A DNA stretch of 63,654 bases from Verrucomicrobiota bacterium. GTDB taxonomy: Bacteria; Verrucomicrobiota; Verrucomicrobiia; Limisphaerales; UBA8199. The notes under the pieces are model-generated. The model made no database searches. It had not been told where the DNA came from and saw only the letters and a list, made by a program, of their open reading frames with translations. This document shows, piece after piece, positions 51,801 through 58,766 of the stretch (position 1 is its first letter; every line of letters begins with the position of its first letter). The position numbers and the translations under genes were made by a program. The DNA is taken from the NCBI GenBank assembly GCA_037130375.1, contig JBAXTC010000001.1, positions 1-63,654 on the forward strand. The letters run 5' to 3'.

Positions 51801-52368
51801 GGGAGAGCATCTCGGTGGCGTAGAATAGTTTGCCCTCGGCTTCAGGCCGGGCCTCTTTCCAGGAGAGTTTCACCGCGCCATCGGAGGGCAGGTAGCTGAG
51901 ATAGTCGCTGCCTTTGCGCTCAGGCCTCGAAGCGCCGGGGAATTCGAATTGCGTATCGGCAGCGAGGCCCTGCAGGAGGATGGCCTGTAGCGCGCTGGGG
52001 GCCACGTGGAAATCGACGGCCTTCCAAAGATCGTTTTGCCGGACGGCGGCATCGAACTTGAGTTTAATGGGGAACTTGCCGCTGTGGTCGAACACGGCGA
52101 CGAAGTGGCTCTGTTGGATGTGGAGACGCCAATGCGGGTGGGTGGTGATTTCGGTAAGGGCGACGGGTCCGGAAAGCAAATCAAGCGAGCCGCCTTTGGC
52201 ATTCTCGACCCGCGCGATGGCGGTGAAGGTGAAGGATGCCTGGTCGCCGTGGAATTCGCCGACGAGTTTGCTGTCGGTCAGCGTGACGGCTGGCATGGGG
52301 GGATTTGTCGCGGCTTGGCCACCGGCGATGAGGATCGGGAAACAGAGGAGCGAGACGAGTAGTTTCAT
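45859..52368 (-). CDS. Giant (2169 aa) membrane protein made of two paralogous exported halves joined by a ~6-TM block; function unknown
   Basis: N-terminal signal peptide 'MKLLVSLLCFPILIAGGQAA'. Hydrophobic cluster at aa ~857-1062, whose last helix looks like a second signal peptide ('KTKNGAAPAVAVVLLAGLAWLSLGTPLSARSADA'). C-terminal TM 'IRILILAATFGILAVFAWAA'. Both halves carry a 'W(K/Q)..R......K..FYA....' module. Confidence 0.75.
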   Translation of the reverse strand: MKLLVSLLCFPILIAGGQAATNPPMPAVTLTDSKLVGEFHGDQASFTFTAIARVENAKGGSLDLLSGPVALTEITTHPHWRLHIQQSHFVAVFDHSGKFPIKLKFDAAVRQNDLWKAVDFHVAPSALQAILLQGLAADTQFEFPGASRPERKGSDYLSYLPSDGAVKLSWKEARPEAEGKLFYATEMLSQISLSPGLMRQVALLDFKIMQGELTQVTLQLHGAGEVTRVQGDQVLSWKVEPTSNSADRRLVVQFNQPQKDQFSIQVQMQTPLGAFPQTADSIQLRPEGATRFAGYFRIVNEGAVRLEVAQASGLSQISPEQFPESDLTRSALRVTGSQRFAYRFSGADFGLRIQADQILPELTVSEVLAYHLGENELAIDSEIELDIREAPLRELVLRVPKGYAIARLNASGLSDYFLREPDDQSDAELRLVYGQPVSGRQVVQLRLERNKPLGEASWTLPRIEVAKAKSVRGNLAVAADAGFRLTPERTQALTEIATAFFPRKVAGIQAAFRLSDPAWQGTVRVERLPQTVQADALNLFSIGEGIAYGSSVINYVVSGAPVSAFKIELSDEYFNVEFAGKDIRNWQKTEGGYVVQLHTPVSGAYTLLATYERPFKAQGETLTFTGARPLDAQSEQGHTLIISAYQFQVKPADVSPGLLPLETGEVPPEYRLFFDAPILAAYRYTSRPFNLKLALSPLAQGDSLSQVVDRASLTTHISKEGQALTDVRYFVKNRGNPHFRLTLPPGTQLWSATVNGASVVPVTDAQATLIPLPKRTDPSAVLTLDLKLAGTNDAKLVSVAAPVVNAPVMLAEWRLEPDAGQRLVYRRGSLTPMGGVADLTGFAGLSRMFTGEEAGRALNSLLAALAFLALAIVLWRWSTQPGVYKFSNRHLSGTLLGIVAFAIALAAFLKLGEVASHQIAAVSRDVTFLAPVQQAGSAMTVEVFNLDDNMSMLSLLGCAWPALLTLALWIYGWISDKPISRTLIWILGWLLLMWAALRSPNGAAPFFAILGAFVVLQVALPALRKLWQQPPQPIHARSLKTKNGAAPAVAVVLLAGLAWLSLGTPLSARSADAKPALLPKDPPLAESVTQDIRIEDKFALATARIRWKAEKGEMLPILFEPTVLTRIDYPTNVLKLVQAPAGSRPAQQLLAQKGGVFDLQLQYELPVARKDAENGIVLPVPAGLVNRLNLTVVNLDVDVRSPQAVSVQRETAGSNTVAKLVLSPVSDGWIAWQPRTRDVKREKPVFYADVAQLYVPTAGIIEAAHYVSIRPAQGELSELVLDVPAGATITDVFDAAKTQASAEAKSSRTPSGSLVSLWRFDPDTRKLRVTLNPPQSRPFGLLVRSQVTTGPLPFEQSIGLLCVENAAGQIGLLGIATGNEVQLDAVTALAFSPINLEDFPTNVTAVLQTQVPGLTVRRAFRYADKVGQASRLPLQPSASNTQTGVGGTPALLFTLKASPVEPDVRVETQDTVSLGEDRTVLADTATVEITRAGIFRLSFVMPAGFDVESISGSALSHWTESKTDAGRVITLHLAGKTEGRQQFAISLTGPGVKATNAWAVPQLVLREAGKQRGTLLLVPEQGMRLQVGARDGVTQLDPQKSGIRQKGVLAFRILQTPWNLALSIEQVDPWIQVTSLQHAIVNEALVKVAANLQYQIDNTGLKAFHIFIPTNAESVRFQGDQLADFLPLPGVVTNGLQEWEVKLHRRVIGSYLLQATYQTLMPDHAPEAILRGLQAADVNLQRGFVTVQSGGRLQVRVDALPAALQPTEWQSIPRALQQGLAASAANFAYRLVEPSFGLPLHLERYEAAKLLPARVNNITFTSVISDNGVMLTLVRLEMLPGDKRLLSLTLPKDAHFWFAFVNQNGVWPWREQDRILIPLEQQSRGGKVIPVELFYSDRIGPTDARSLNLELLAPKFDLPLENLTWRVSLSDKWQLKDWGGSLQLQQQEIVPRATTVDLQTYLQNEANHQRERFKEAEGLMATGNSALEQGDPQQARRAYQAAFGLSTQDAAFNEDARVQLHNIKLQQALVGLNVRQATAANDPAALGGKLRDLRGRKDVAYTQQDAKDIIDRNTADDNAAYMRLAERLIQQQDAAVSSPSALRASIPEQGRVLTFKRSVVVDTWADLRITLHAKAVKTASWSIRILILAATFGILAVFAWAARCFRHGL

Positions 52369-52405
52369 ATTACGACAACCAGTATGAGGGTATGGAAAAC
52401 GGGGT

Positions 52406-52516
52406 TCAGGCTGGATAGATCCGGCGAACTGCCAACTCGCTGACCGCGCGATGTCGGCGGAAAGCTTCGACTTTGTTCATTTCACCGGTTGCAGTTTTCG
52501 AGTCAGTGGCGTGCAT
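52406..52516 (-). CDS. Candidate 36-aa small protein between vWA gene and giant gene
   Basis: 'taAGGAGactctgATG' gives a strong Shine-Dalgarno at 6-nt spacing. Product 'MHATDSKTATGEMNKVEAFRRHRAVSELAVRRIYPA'. No homology recognised. Confidence 0.4.
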   Translation of the reverse strand: MHATDSKTATGEMNKVEAFRRHRAVSELAVRRIYPA

Positions 52517-52536
52517 CAGAGTCTCCTTATTCGGGT

Positions 52537-55500
52537 TCACTTCCCGGCAATGCTCTTGGCCTGCCGGATCATCCATTCCAGCTTCCTGGGCCGGGCGTCC
52601 GCGCCACTGACTTCCGGCACGCCGCCAAGGCAGGCAAGCAAACGGTCGGGCGTAACCTCGGCGGCATAAGGGCTCGAGACCAGCCACTCGGAGAACGCGC
52701 TGGCCACCGCGGCCAGGCGCATCGCCGGGCTGGCTTGTTCCAGCGCCACCGCGTTGCCCGTGTAAGGCACCGGCCACTCATGCTCGTGGTAATCAGTGGT
52801 CCCGGGGACCTTGTAACGAACGCGCACCGTCGCGAGCGGCCCATCGCCGCGCGGGTTCACTTCGATTGCGTAAAGGGCGTTGCCGGATTCGGCGGCGGCG
52901 ATTTCGGCCGCATCCACGGTGTTGTCGCGGAACTGCTCTTTGGTGAGCTGGTGCTTTGCGTAACCGATCTGGCGGTACGCGGTCACCCGGGCCGGGTTAA
53001 ACTCAATCTGCACTTTGACATCCGAAGCCGCCACGTGGAGCGCCCCGGCGAGCTGGCCGGCGAATTCCGTCGCTGCTTCCTCGGGCGAATTGACGAAGCC
53101 ATACCGGCCGTCGCCGTTGCGCGAGAGGACTTCCAGCAGATCGTCGTTGTAGCCCTCCCAGCCGATGCCGAAGCAATCGAGCGCAACGCCTTGCTGACGA
53201 TGGTCCTCAACCTTCTGCTTGAGCGCGGCGGGATCGACATGGCCGAGATTCGCGGCGCCATCGGTCAGGAGCACGACGCGGTTGACGCCGTTGGCCAGGT
53301 AATGGCGCAGGGCGGTCTGGTAGGCGAGGTTCAGTGCGTCTTCCAGATTCGTGCCGCCTTGCGGGGTCAATCCGCTGCCATCTTCGGCCACTTGCGCGGC
53401 CTGATTGCCGGGCACGCCGTCCACCCACAAGCGCGGCGTGCGGGCAAAGGTGACGACGCTGAGCTTGTCCTGCGGTTGAAGCTGGCCGGCCAGCACGCGC
53501 AGCGCCTCGTGAATGATGCGCACCCGGTCGGCGCGCTCCATCGATCCGGAGTTGTCGAGCAGCAATACGAGATTCAGCGGACGGCCCATTTGCCGACCCA
53601 TCGCGGCGGTCTTGATTGAGAAACGCAACAGGTCGCGGTTCTGCGCGAACGGATAGCCCGCCCGCTCCCAGGCAAAAGCGACCGGCACGCCCGCCGGCGG
53701 CTCCGGGTCGCGGTAATCGAATGCGTTGATGAACTCTTCGCTCCGCACCGTGGCCGGCTCCGGCATGAGGCCCTTTTCCAGGCTCGCCCCCGCCAGCTTG
53801 AACGACACGTCACTGACATTGAGTGAAAAGGTGGAAAAGGTGTTCTCGGCAGTCGGAACTTCGGGCTGGGGGACCGGGGCGGTGGCGGCAGGTTTTCGCG
53901 GGGCCACATCCTGCTCCGGGGCTTTGCCGGCTGCTGCCGCATCCGGGATCTTCAATTCTCTGCGCAAGCGGTCCACATTTGCCTGTGCCACTTTGAGTTT
54001 TCCTTCCTGCTCCTGAAACCGCTCTTCCATGGCTTTGATGCCACCCTGGGCCAACTCCTTGCGTTGCTGCATACGATTTTGCTTGTAGGCTTCCGCGACG
54101 GCGTTGGCGATCTTCGCTGCCTCTTCCGGTTGGTCGCTTTTGACCCCAACGTTGATGAGGCTGGTGTTCTTCACGGGCTGCAAGTCGAGCTTCTGCTTAA
54201 GCAGCGCCATTGTCTCCGTCGTCGTCAACGTCCCGCCGCCCTGTTTCTTCCCCCACGCCTCGTTCAGGTTCAAATCTTTGATCACCTTGCCGAGGACTGC
54301 CTCAGACTGAATGGTCTCGAACTCCGTTTGTACGAAGTAGGGGTCGTAGCCCAGCACTTGCCGCCCGTCCGCCAATCCAGAGACGTCTGATTGGTCGCGC
54401 TCCACTTTGACGCTGGCACTGCTATGGAATTCGCCGGTTCCCTTCCCGCGGATCCGGTCCCACAGGCTTGGGCTTTGTGGGCGCTGAGGCACGCCGGCCT
54501 TATCCACTATCTCAACCATGCCGGTCCTGGGCAGTTCCACGTCGATCTTCTCCGAGGTGATCTTCGTGTCGAGGATTTGTCGGAACCGTTGCAACTCTTC
54601 CAACTGCCGCTTCGCTTCAAAGTAGGGTTCAGTCTTCTGCAAGGCACCCGCGACTATCGCTTTGTCGTCCTGCCGAAACAACTGGCCTATCGCAGGCACG
54701 TCGCCAAATACGGGTAATTTCTCTGCGTCAGAGCTGGCCAATCCGGGCTGCGCGCTGGCGTTAGAATGCCTTTGGTAGTTCAGGTATTCACCGCCTGTGG
54801 TCAGGCTTTCTTCTGCCAGCCTGCCTGCAATCAGGAGCGGGGGCGTCACCGGGGTTCCTGCTTGTCGATTACGCTCTACAGTTCCAGCGTTGTCGATAGC
54901 CGTAGCCTTGTTTCGCGTTCCGCCCCCGCCGAACGCGGCGGCAGCCCGGCCAAGTGATTCTTCATAAAATCCTTTCGTCGCCGCGGCGACGGATAGTTTC
55001 GGCTGAAGGTCAATGGGGACGGAAGTCGCGGTCGCAGCGTCGGCCGGTTCGCTTCCCTGGGGCAAGACGATTCCTGAGTTGGTGGATATGGCCGGAGTAG
55101 AAAGGCTGGCGCTCCGCGCCACAGGGGCACGAATCTGCGCAGGGTGACCATCAAAGAGGCTGCGCTTTTTTTCTTGAATGGCTTGATCACTCTTTACCGC
55201 GAGTTCAACGGGCGGCACGACAACAGACTCCAATGGTGTCACAGGAGCAGTCTCTGCTGAGGGGGCCCATCTGGAGACAAACCTCTCTCCCCGGTATCCT
55301 GCTTTCGATAAAGCGGGCAGCAGCAGTGCGCCCAGGATTACGGCAAATCCCGCCGCAATCCCCAGTTCGACCAGCCTGGGCCACCTGCTCCGGCGCGGTT
55401 CAGCAAATTCCCTCGGGGTGACTGTCTTGAAATGCTGGAGGAGCTTCTGCCGGCGCTGATCGCTTAGCTTGAGCGGGACCGGTTGGTTCGCGGTCTGCGC

Positions 55501-55695
55501 CGCCGGGCTGGCAACGGTTTCACGCACGAGGTTGATGGTCTGCTTCAGCCGCTCGTAGAGTTTGGCCATCTCGGGGTCTTGCGCCAGTTTCTGGTGCAGT
55601 GCGGCGGCCTGCTCGTGTGGCATTTCGCCGAGCAACAGGGCCGTCAGGCCGGACTCAGTGGTCTGGCGCGGGTCTATAGGGGAGTCCTGGTTCAT
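52537..55695 (-). CDS. Anti-sigma-like N-terminus + TM + Wzz/GumC-like chain-length-determinant segment + YfbK-type vWA domain fusion protein
   Basis: 1052-aa ORF whose start overlaps the sigma gene stop (ATGA). TM 'LVELGIAAGFAVILGALLLPAL'. Wzz-like 'FVQTEFETIQSEAVLGKVIKDLNL...AAKIANAVAEAYKQN'. vWA MIDAS 'LLLDNSGSM' and 'LLTDGAAN'. C-terminal 'VKVQIEFNPARVTAYRQIGY'. Confidence 0.8.
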   Translation of the reverse strand: MNQDSPIDPRQTTESGLTALLLGEMPHEQAAALHQKLAQDPEMAKLYERLKQTINLVRETVASPAAQTANQPVPLKLSDQRRQKLLQHFKTVTPREFAEPRRSRWPRLVELGIAAGFAVILGALLLPALSKAGYRGERFVSRWAPSAETAPVTPLESVVVPPVELAVKSDQAIQEKKRSLFDGHPAQIRAPVARSASLSTPAISTNSGIVLPQGSEPADAATATSVPIDLQPKLSVAAATKGFYEESLGRAAAAFGGGGTRNKATAIDNAGTVERNRQAGTPVTPPLLIAGRLAEESLTTGGEYLNYQRHSNASAQPGLASSDAEKLPVFGDVPAIGQLFRQDDKAIVAGALQKTEPYFEAKRQLEELQRFRQILDTKITSEKIDVELPRTGMVEIVDKAGVPQRPQSPSLWDRIRGKGTGEFHSSASVKVERDQSDVSGLADGRQVLGYDPYFVQTEFETIQSEAVLGKVIKDLNLNEAWGKKQGGGTLTTTETMALLKQKLDLQPVKNTSLINVGVKSDQPEEAAKIANAVAEAYKQNRMQQRKELAQGGIKAMEERFQEQEGKLKVAQANVDRLRRELKIPDAAAAGKAPEQDVAPRKPAATAPVPQPEVPTAENTFSTFSLNVSDVSFKLAGASLEKGLMPEPATVRSEEFINAFDYRDPEPPAGVPVAFAWERAGYPFAQNRDLLRFSIKTAAMGRQMGRPLNLVLLLDNSGSMERADRVRIIHEALRVLAGQLQPQDKLSVVTFARTPRLWVDGVPGNQAAQVAEDGSGLTPQGGTNLEDALNLAYQTALRHYLANGVNRVVLLTDGAANLGHVDPAALKQKVEDHRQQGVALDCFGIGWEGYNDDLLEVLSRNGDGRYGFVNSPEEAATEFAGQLAGALHVAASDVKVQIEFNPARVTAYRQIGYAKHQLTKEQFRDNTVDAAEIAAAESGNALYAIEVNPRGDGPLATVRVRYKVPGTTDYHEHEWPVPYTGNAVALEQASPAMRLAAVASAFSEWLVSSPYAAEVTPDRLLACLGGVPEVSGADARPRKLEWMIRQAKSIAGK

Positions 55696-56249
55696 AGCAT
55701 TACTCCATTCTTGGCCAGCTCATCAGCGATCGCTTTCAGGGCATGATGCAACAAATAGCCAATGTGTCCGATGTTGAGGCCGGTGCGGGCGCTGATTTCT
55801 TTGTAGGACAGCTCCTCGTTAAACTTGAGCCGGACCAATTCACGGCTGCGTTCATCGAGGGTTTTCAGGCTGAGGCGCACCAGGCCGATGCCTTCCCAAC
55901 GGGCAATTTGCTCATCCGGCAACGGCTGGGGGTCCGCGGTTTCAGGCGCAGTCGGGGTGCCCTCTTCGTCCGACGGGTCGAGCGACACGATCTTGCCGGC
56001 TTGCCGCCGATGGTTCAGTGCCAGGTTATGCACGGTGCGATAGAGCCACCGCCGCGGCTGGCGCACCTGTTCAAATTGTGTATGAAGTTTCATGAACGCT
56101 TCCTGGACCAAGTCCTCGGCGACGCTCGAATCGCCGGACAAGCGCAGGGCGTAGCTCAGGAGGGGCGATTCGAGGGCCTCAAATAGCTCTTCGATCGTTT
56201 CCCACCCCGGCGGCTCAGCGCTGGCTTGGTTTGGTGACATTAGGGCCAT
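55692..56249 (-). CDS. ECF-type RNA polymerase sigma-70 family factor
   Basis: 185-aa ORF. Region 2 'DLVQEAFMKLH...WLYRTVHNLALNHRR', region 4 'LSYKEISARTGLNIGHIGYLLHHALK'. Confidence 0.88.
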   Translation of the reverse strand: MALMSPNQASAEPPGWETIEELFEALESPLLSYALRLSGDSSVAEDLVQEAFMKLHTQFEQVRQPRRWLYRTVHNLALNHRRQAGKIVSLDPSDEEGTPTAPETADPQPLPDEQIARWEGIGLVRLSLKTLDERSRELVRLKFNEELSYKEISARTGLNIGHIGYLLHHALKAIADELAKNGVML

Positions 56250-56504
56250 GCTCGGCTTTCTTGTGTGATCAAGCTCAAATCATGCAACCGTTCCGGCGTT
56301 TGGGTCACTTAAGAACATCATGTCTCACAAGGTATGACACCGGGCTGCGTTGTTTCTTAGACGAAAAATGGGATGTGTTTGCTCCGCATTTGAATCGCCG
56401 CCAAACCAGTGCGGTCAAAATGCCTGTGCCAGGCCCCGCTTTACAGGGAAACGCAGCCTCAAGACACCGGATACTCTCGAGGCCAAAATAAATTGAAAAA
56501 GCTA

Positions 56505-56532
56505 TTGCGCAGAAAGCTGCGCTTGCTATATT
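56505..56532 (+). promoter_or_regulatory. Candidate sigma-70 promoter of the S10 operon
   Basis: TTGCGC (56505-56510), N16, TATATT (56527-56532), about 70 nt upstream of the rpsJ ATG. Spotted by eye only. Confidence 0.35.
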
Positions 56533-56540
56533 TCGCACTC

Positions 56541-56562
56541 CGTTTTCCGAATCCGGAAAACG
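56541..56562 (+). promoter_or_regulatory. Perfect 9-bp hairpin in the rpsJ 5' leader
   Basis: 'cgttttccg aatc cggaaaacg'. Its position is analogous to S10-leader regulatory hairpins. Confidence 0.4.
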
Positions 56563-56601
56563 TGGATTGAAACAAACCATTAACAGACAATTGTTCTTTG
56601 T

Positions 56602-56910
56602 ATGGCTGGACAACGTATTCGTATCCGACTAAAGGCCTATGACCATCGGGTCATCGACCAATCCGCGCGCGACATCGCGGACACCGTCAAGCGCACTGGC
56701 GCGCGTGTCGCCGGGCCTATCCCGCTGCCAACCCGTATCGAACGCTTTACCGTTCTACGCTCCCCGCACTGTGACAAGAAATCCCAGGAAACCTTCGAGC
56801 AGCGCACCCACAAACGGCTGATCGATATCATCGAGCCGACCGCCAAAACCGTTGATGAGCTCAAGAAGCTCAATCTGCCCGCCGGCGTGGACATCACCAT
56901 TAAGATATGA
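56602..56910 (+). CDS. rpsJ: 30S ribosomal protein S10
   Basis: 102 aa. '[41 protein letters not shown]'. Confidence 0.97.
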   Translation: MAGQRIRIRLKAYDHRVIDQSARDIADTVKRTGARVAGPIPLPTRIERFTVLRSPHCDKKSQETFEQRTHKRLIDIIEPTAKTVDELKKLNLPAGVDITIKI

Positions 56911-57013
56911 AGACTAGGGTTGTTGGATTATTGGGGGGACGCTATCGAGCGTCTCACCGCTCCATTGCTCCAGTAATCCATCAATCCAGTAATCCACAAT
57001 CCATTTTTTGCTT
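56911..57013. repeat. Structured repeat-bearing spacer between rpsJ and rplC
   Basis: 'ttgttggattattgg' faces 'ccagtaatccatcaatccagtaatccacaatcc', an imperfect inverted repeat with an internal direct repeat. These surround a small perfect hairpin 'acgct atcg agcgt'. Confidence 0.6.
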
Positions 57014-57709
57014 ATGCCAATCGGACTATTAGGAAAGAAATTGGGCCAGACCCGCGTCTATGACGCCAAGGGCATTATCACGCCCGTGACGATCGTTCTC
57101 GCCGGTCCCAACCGCGTGTTCCAGTGTAAGACCCAGCAGTCTGACGGCTATAATGCCGTCCAACTCGGGTTCGACGACCAGAAAGAACACCGCGTGACCA
57201 AGCCGCTGCTCGGCCACATCAAGAAATTCAGCGGGGTGGCGGTCAAACGCATCAAGGAATTCCGTGATTTCTCTAAAGAGGTGAAGCCTGGCGATCTCAT
57301 TGGCGCCACCCTCTTTGCTCCCGGCGATTATATCGATGCCATCGGCCTGACCAAAGGCCGCGGGTTCGAGGGTGTCGTTGCCCGGCACGGCTTCCGTGGT
57401 GGCGACTCGACCCACGGCGCCAAAGGCTGGCATCGCCGCTCCGGCGCCATCGGCCAGCGCCTGTTTCCCGGCACGGTCATGCGCGGCATGAAGATGCCAG
57501 GCCACTTGGGCCAAGTGCGCCGCACGGCCCAAAACCTCTTGGTCGTGCAAGTGCGCGAAGCGGACAACCTGTTATTGATCAGAGGCGCCATTCCGGGCGC
57601 GAACGGCGACTACGTGGTGATCCGCGAATCCAAGAAACGCCCCAAGGGCTGGAAGTTGCACGCTGATCGTCCGGAGAACATCAAGAAGGCCGAAGGCAAG
57701 AAGAAGTAG
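57014..57709 (+). CDS. rplC: 50S ribosomal protein L3
   Basis: 231 aa from ATG 57014. 'MPIGLLGKKLGQTRVYD', 'GKGFEGVVARHGF'-type core 'TKGRGFEGVVARHGFRGG'. Confidence 0.96.
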   Translation: MPIGLLGKKLGQTRVYDAKGIITPVTIVLAGPNRVFQCKTQQSDGYNAVQLGFDDQKEHRVTKPLLGHIKKFSGVAVKRIKEFRDFSKEVKPGDLIGATLFAPGDYIDAIGLTKGRGFEGVVARHGFRGGDSTHGAKGWHRRSGAIGQRLFPGTVMRGMKMPGHLGQVRRTAQNLLVVQVREADNLLLIRGAIPGANGDYVVIRESKKRPKGWKLHADRPENIKKAEGKKK

Positions 57710-57757
57710 CCTTATTGAGCCTTTTTCACCTATTTAACTCATTTCACCCTCGGGTTT

Positions 57758-58384
57758 ATGAAGCTTACGATTAAAGATACCAAAGGAAACAGCCAGGGCG
57801 AGCGGGAGGTCAATTTCCCGCTCATCGAAGACGGCAGTGGAACCCAGGCTGTCCACGACGTGGTGGTCGCCTACCGGGCGGCTCAGCGCATGGGCACGGC
57901 CTGCACCAAGAATGTCGGCGAGGTCGCCGGCAGCAACAAAAAGCCGTGGCGGCAGAAGGGGACCGGTCGGGCGCGTGCCGGCTCATTTCAGTCACCGCTT
58001 TGGCGCGGGGGCGGTGTGGTCTTCGGACCCAGACCCCGCGATTTCACCAAGAAGGTCTCGCGCAACACCAAACAACTCGCGCTGCGCAAAGCCCTTAGCG
58101 AGCGCCTTCGCGCCGGCGATGTCCTCCTGGTCGATGATCTGAAACTGGTCTCAACCAAGACAAAGGACTTCCTCGTCGTCATGTCTGCACTGGAACTCAA
58201 AGGCAGCGCCCTGTTCGTGGCGCAATCACCGGACAAGAACCTGATGCTGGCCTCGCGGAACGTCCCGAATATCGCGCTCACCACCAGCGATGCGCTCAAC
58301 ACCTACGACATCTTGCGCAGCGACAAGCTGGTCTTCACTACGGGCGCATTCGAGCAAGTCGAAGCCCGCCTGAACAAGGATTAA
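57758..58384 (+). CDS. rplD: 50S ribosomal protein L4
   Basis: 208 aa. '[30 protein letters not shown]'. Confidence 0.96.
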   Translation: MKLTIKDTKGNSQGEREVNFPLIEDGSGTQAVHDVVVAYRAAQRMGTACTKNVGEVAGSNKKPWRQKGTGRARAGSFQSPLWRGGGVVFGPRPRDFTKKVSRNTKQLALRKALSERLRAGDVLLVDDLKLVSTKTKDFLVVMSALELKGSALFVAQSPDKNLMLASRNVPNIALTTSDALNTYDILRSDKLVFTTGAFEQVEARLNKD

Positions 58385-58385
58385 C

Positions 58386-58667
58386 ATGAATTCATTTGAA
58401 ATCATCCGGACGGTGCGTTTGACCGAAAAAGGCACGCGCCAGGGCGAAAAGTACAACCAATACACCGTCGTGGCGGATCCGCGGGCCAACAAGACCCAGA
58501 TTCGCCAGGCCGTGCAGGATCTGTTCAAGGTCAAGGTCGTGAAGGTGAACACCCTGAACGTGCGCGGCAAGTTTCGCCGCAAGCGCCGGGCCGACGCCGG
58601 CCAGGCGCCCAGTTGGAAAAAGGCCATCGTGACCTTGAAAAAGCCCGATAAGATCGTCCTGACATAA
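58386..58667 (+). CDS. rplW: 50S ribosomal protein L23
   Basis: 93 aa. 'IIRTVRLTEKGTRQGEKYNQYTVVADPRANKTQIRQAVQDLFKVKV'. Confidence 0.95.
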   Translation: MNSFEIIRTVRLTEKGTRQGEKYNQYTVVADPRANKTQIRQAVQDLFKVKVVKVNTLNVRGKFRRKRRADAGQAPSWKKAIVTLKKPDKIVLT

Positions 58668-58688
58668 TCCAGTTTTAAGATCGCAAAA

Positions 58689-58722
58689 GCGCAGAGGGCG
58701 ACTGCCCTCTGCGCTTTTTTGT
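58689..58722 (+). terminator. Rho-independent terminator after rplW
   Basis: 'gcgcagagggc gact gccctctgcgc' is a perfect 11-bp stem, followed by TTTTTTGTT. Confidence 0.85.
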
Positions 58723-58766
58723 TGATGGACGCAGCATGTTTTCTGCGCGCCCGCCGGCTTCAGTCT

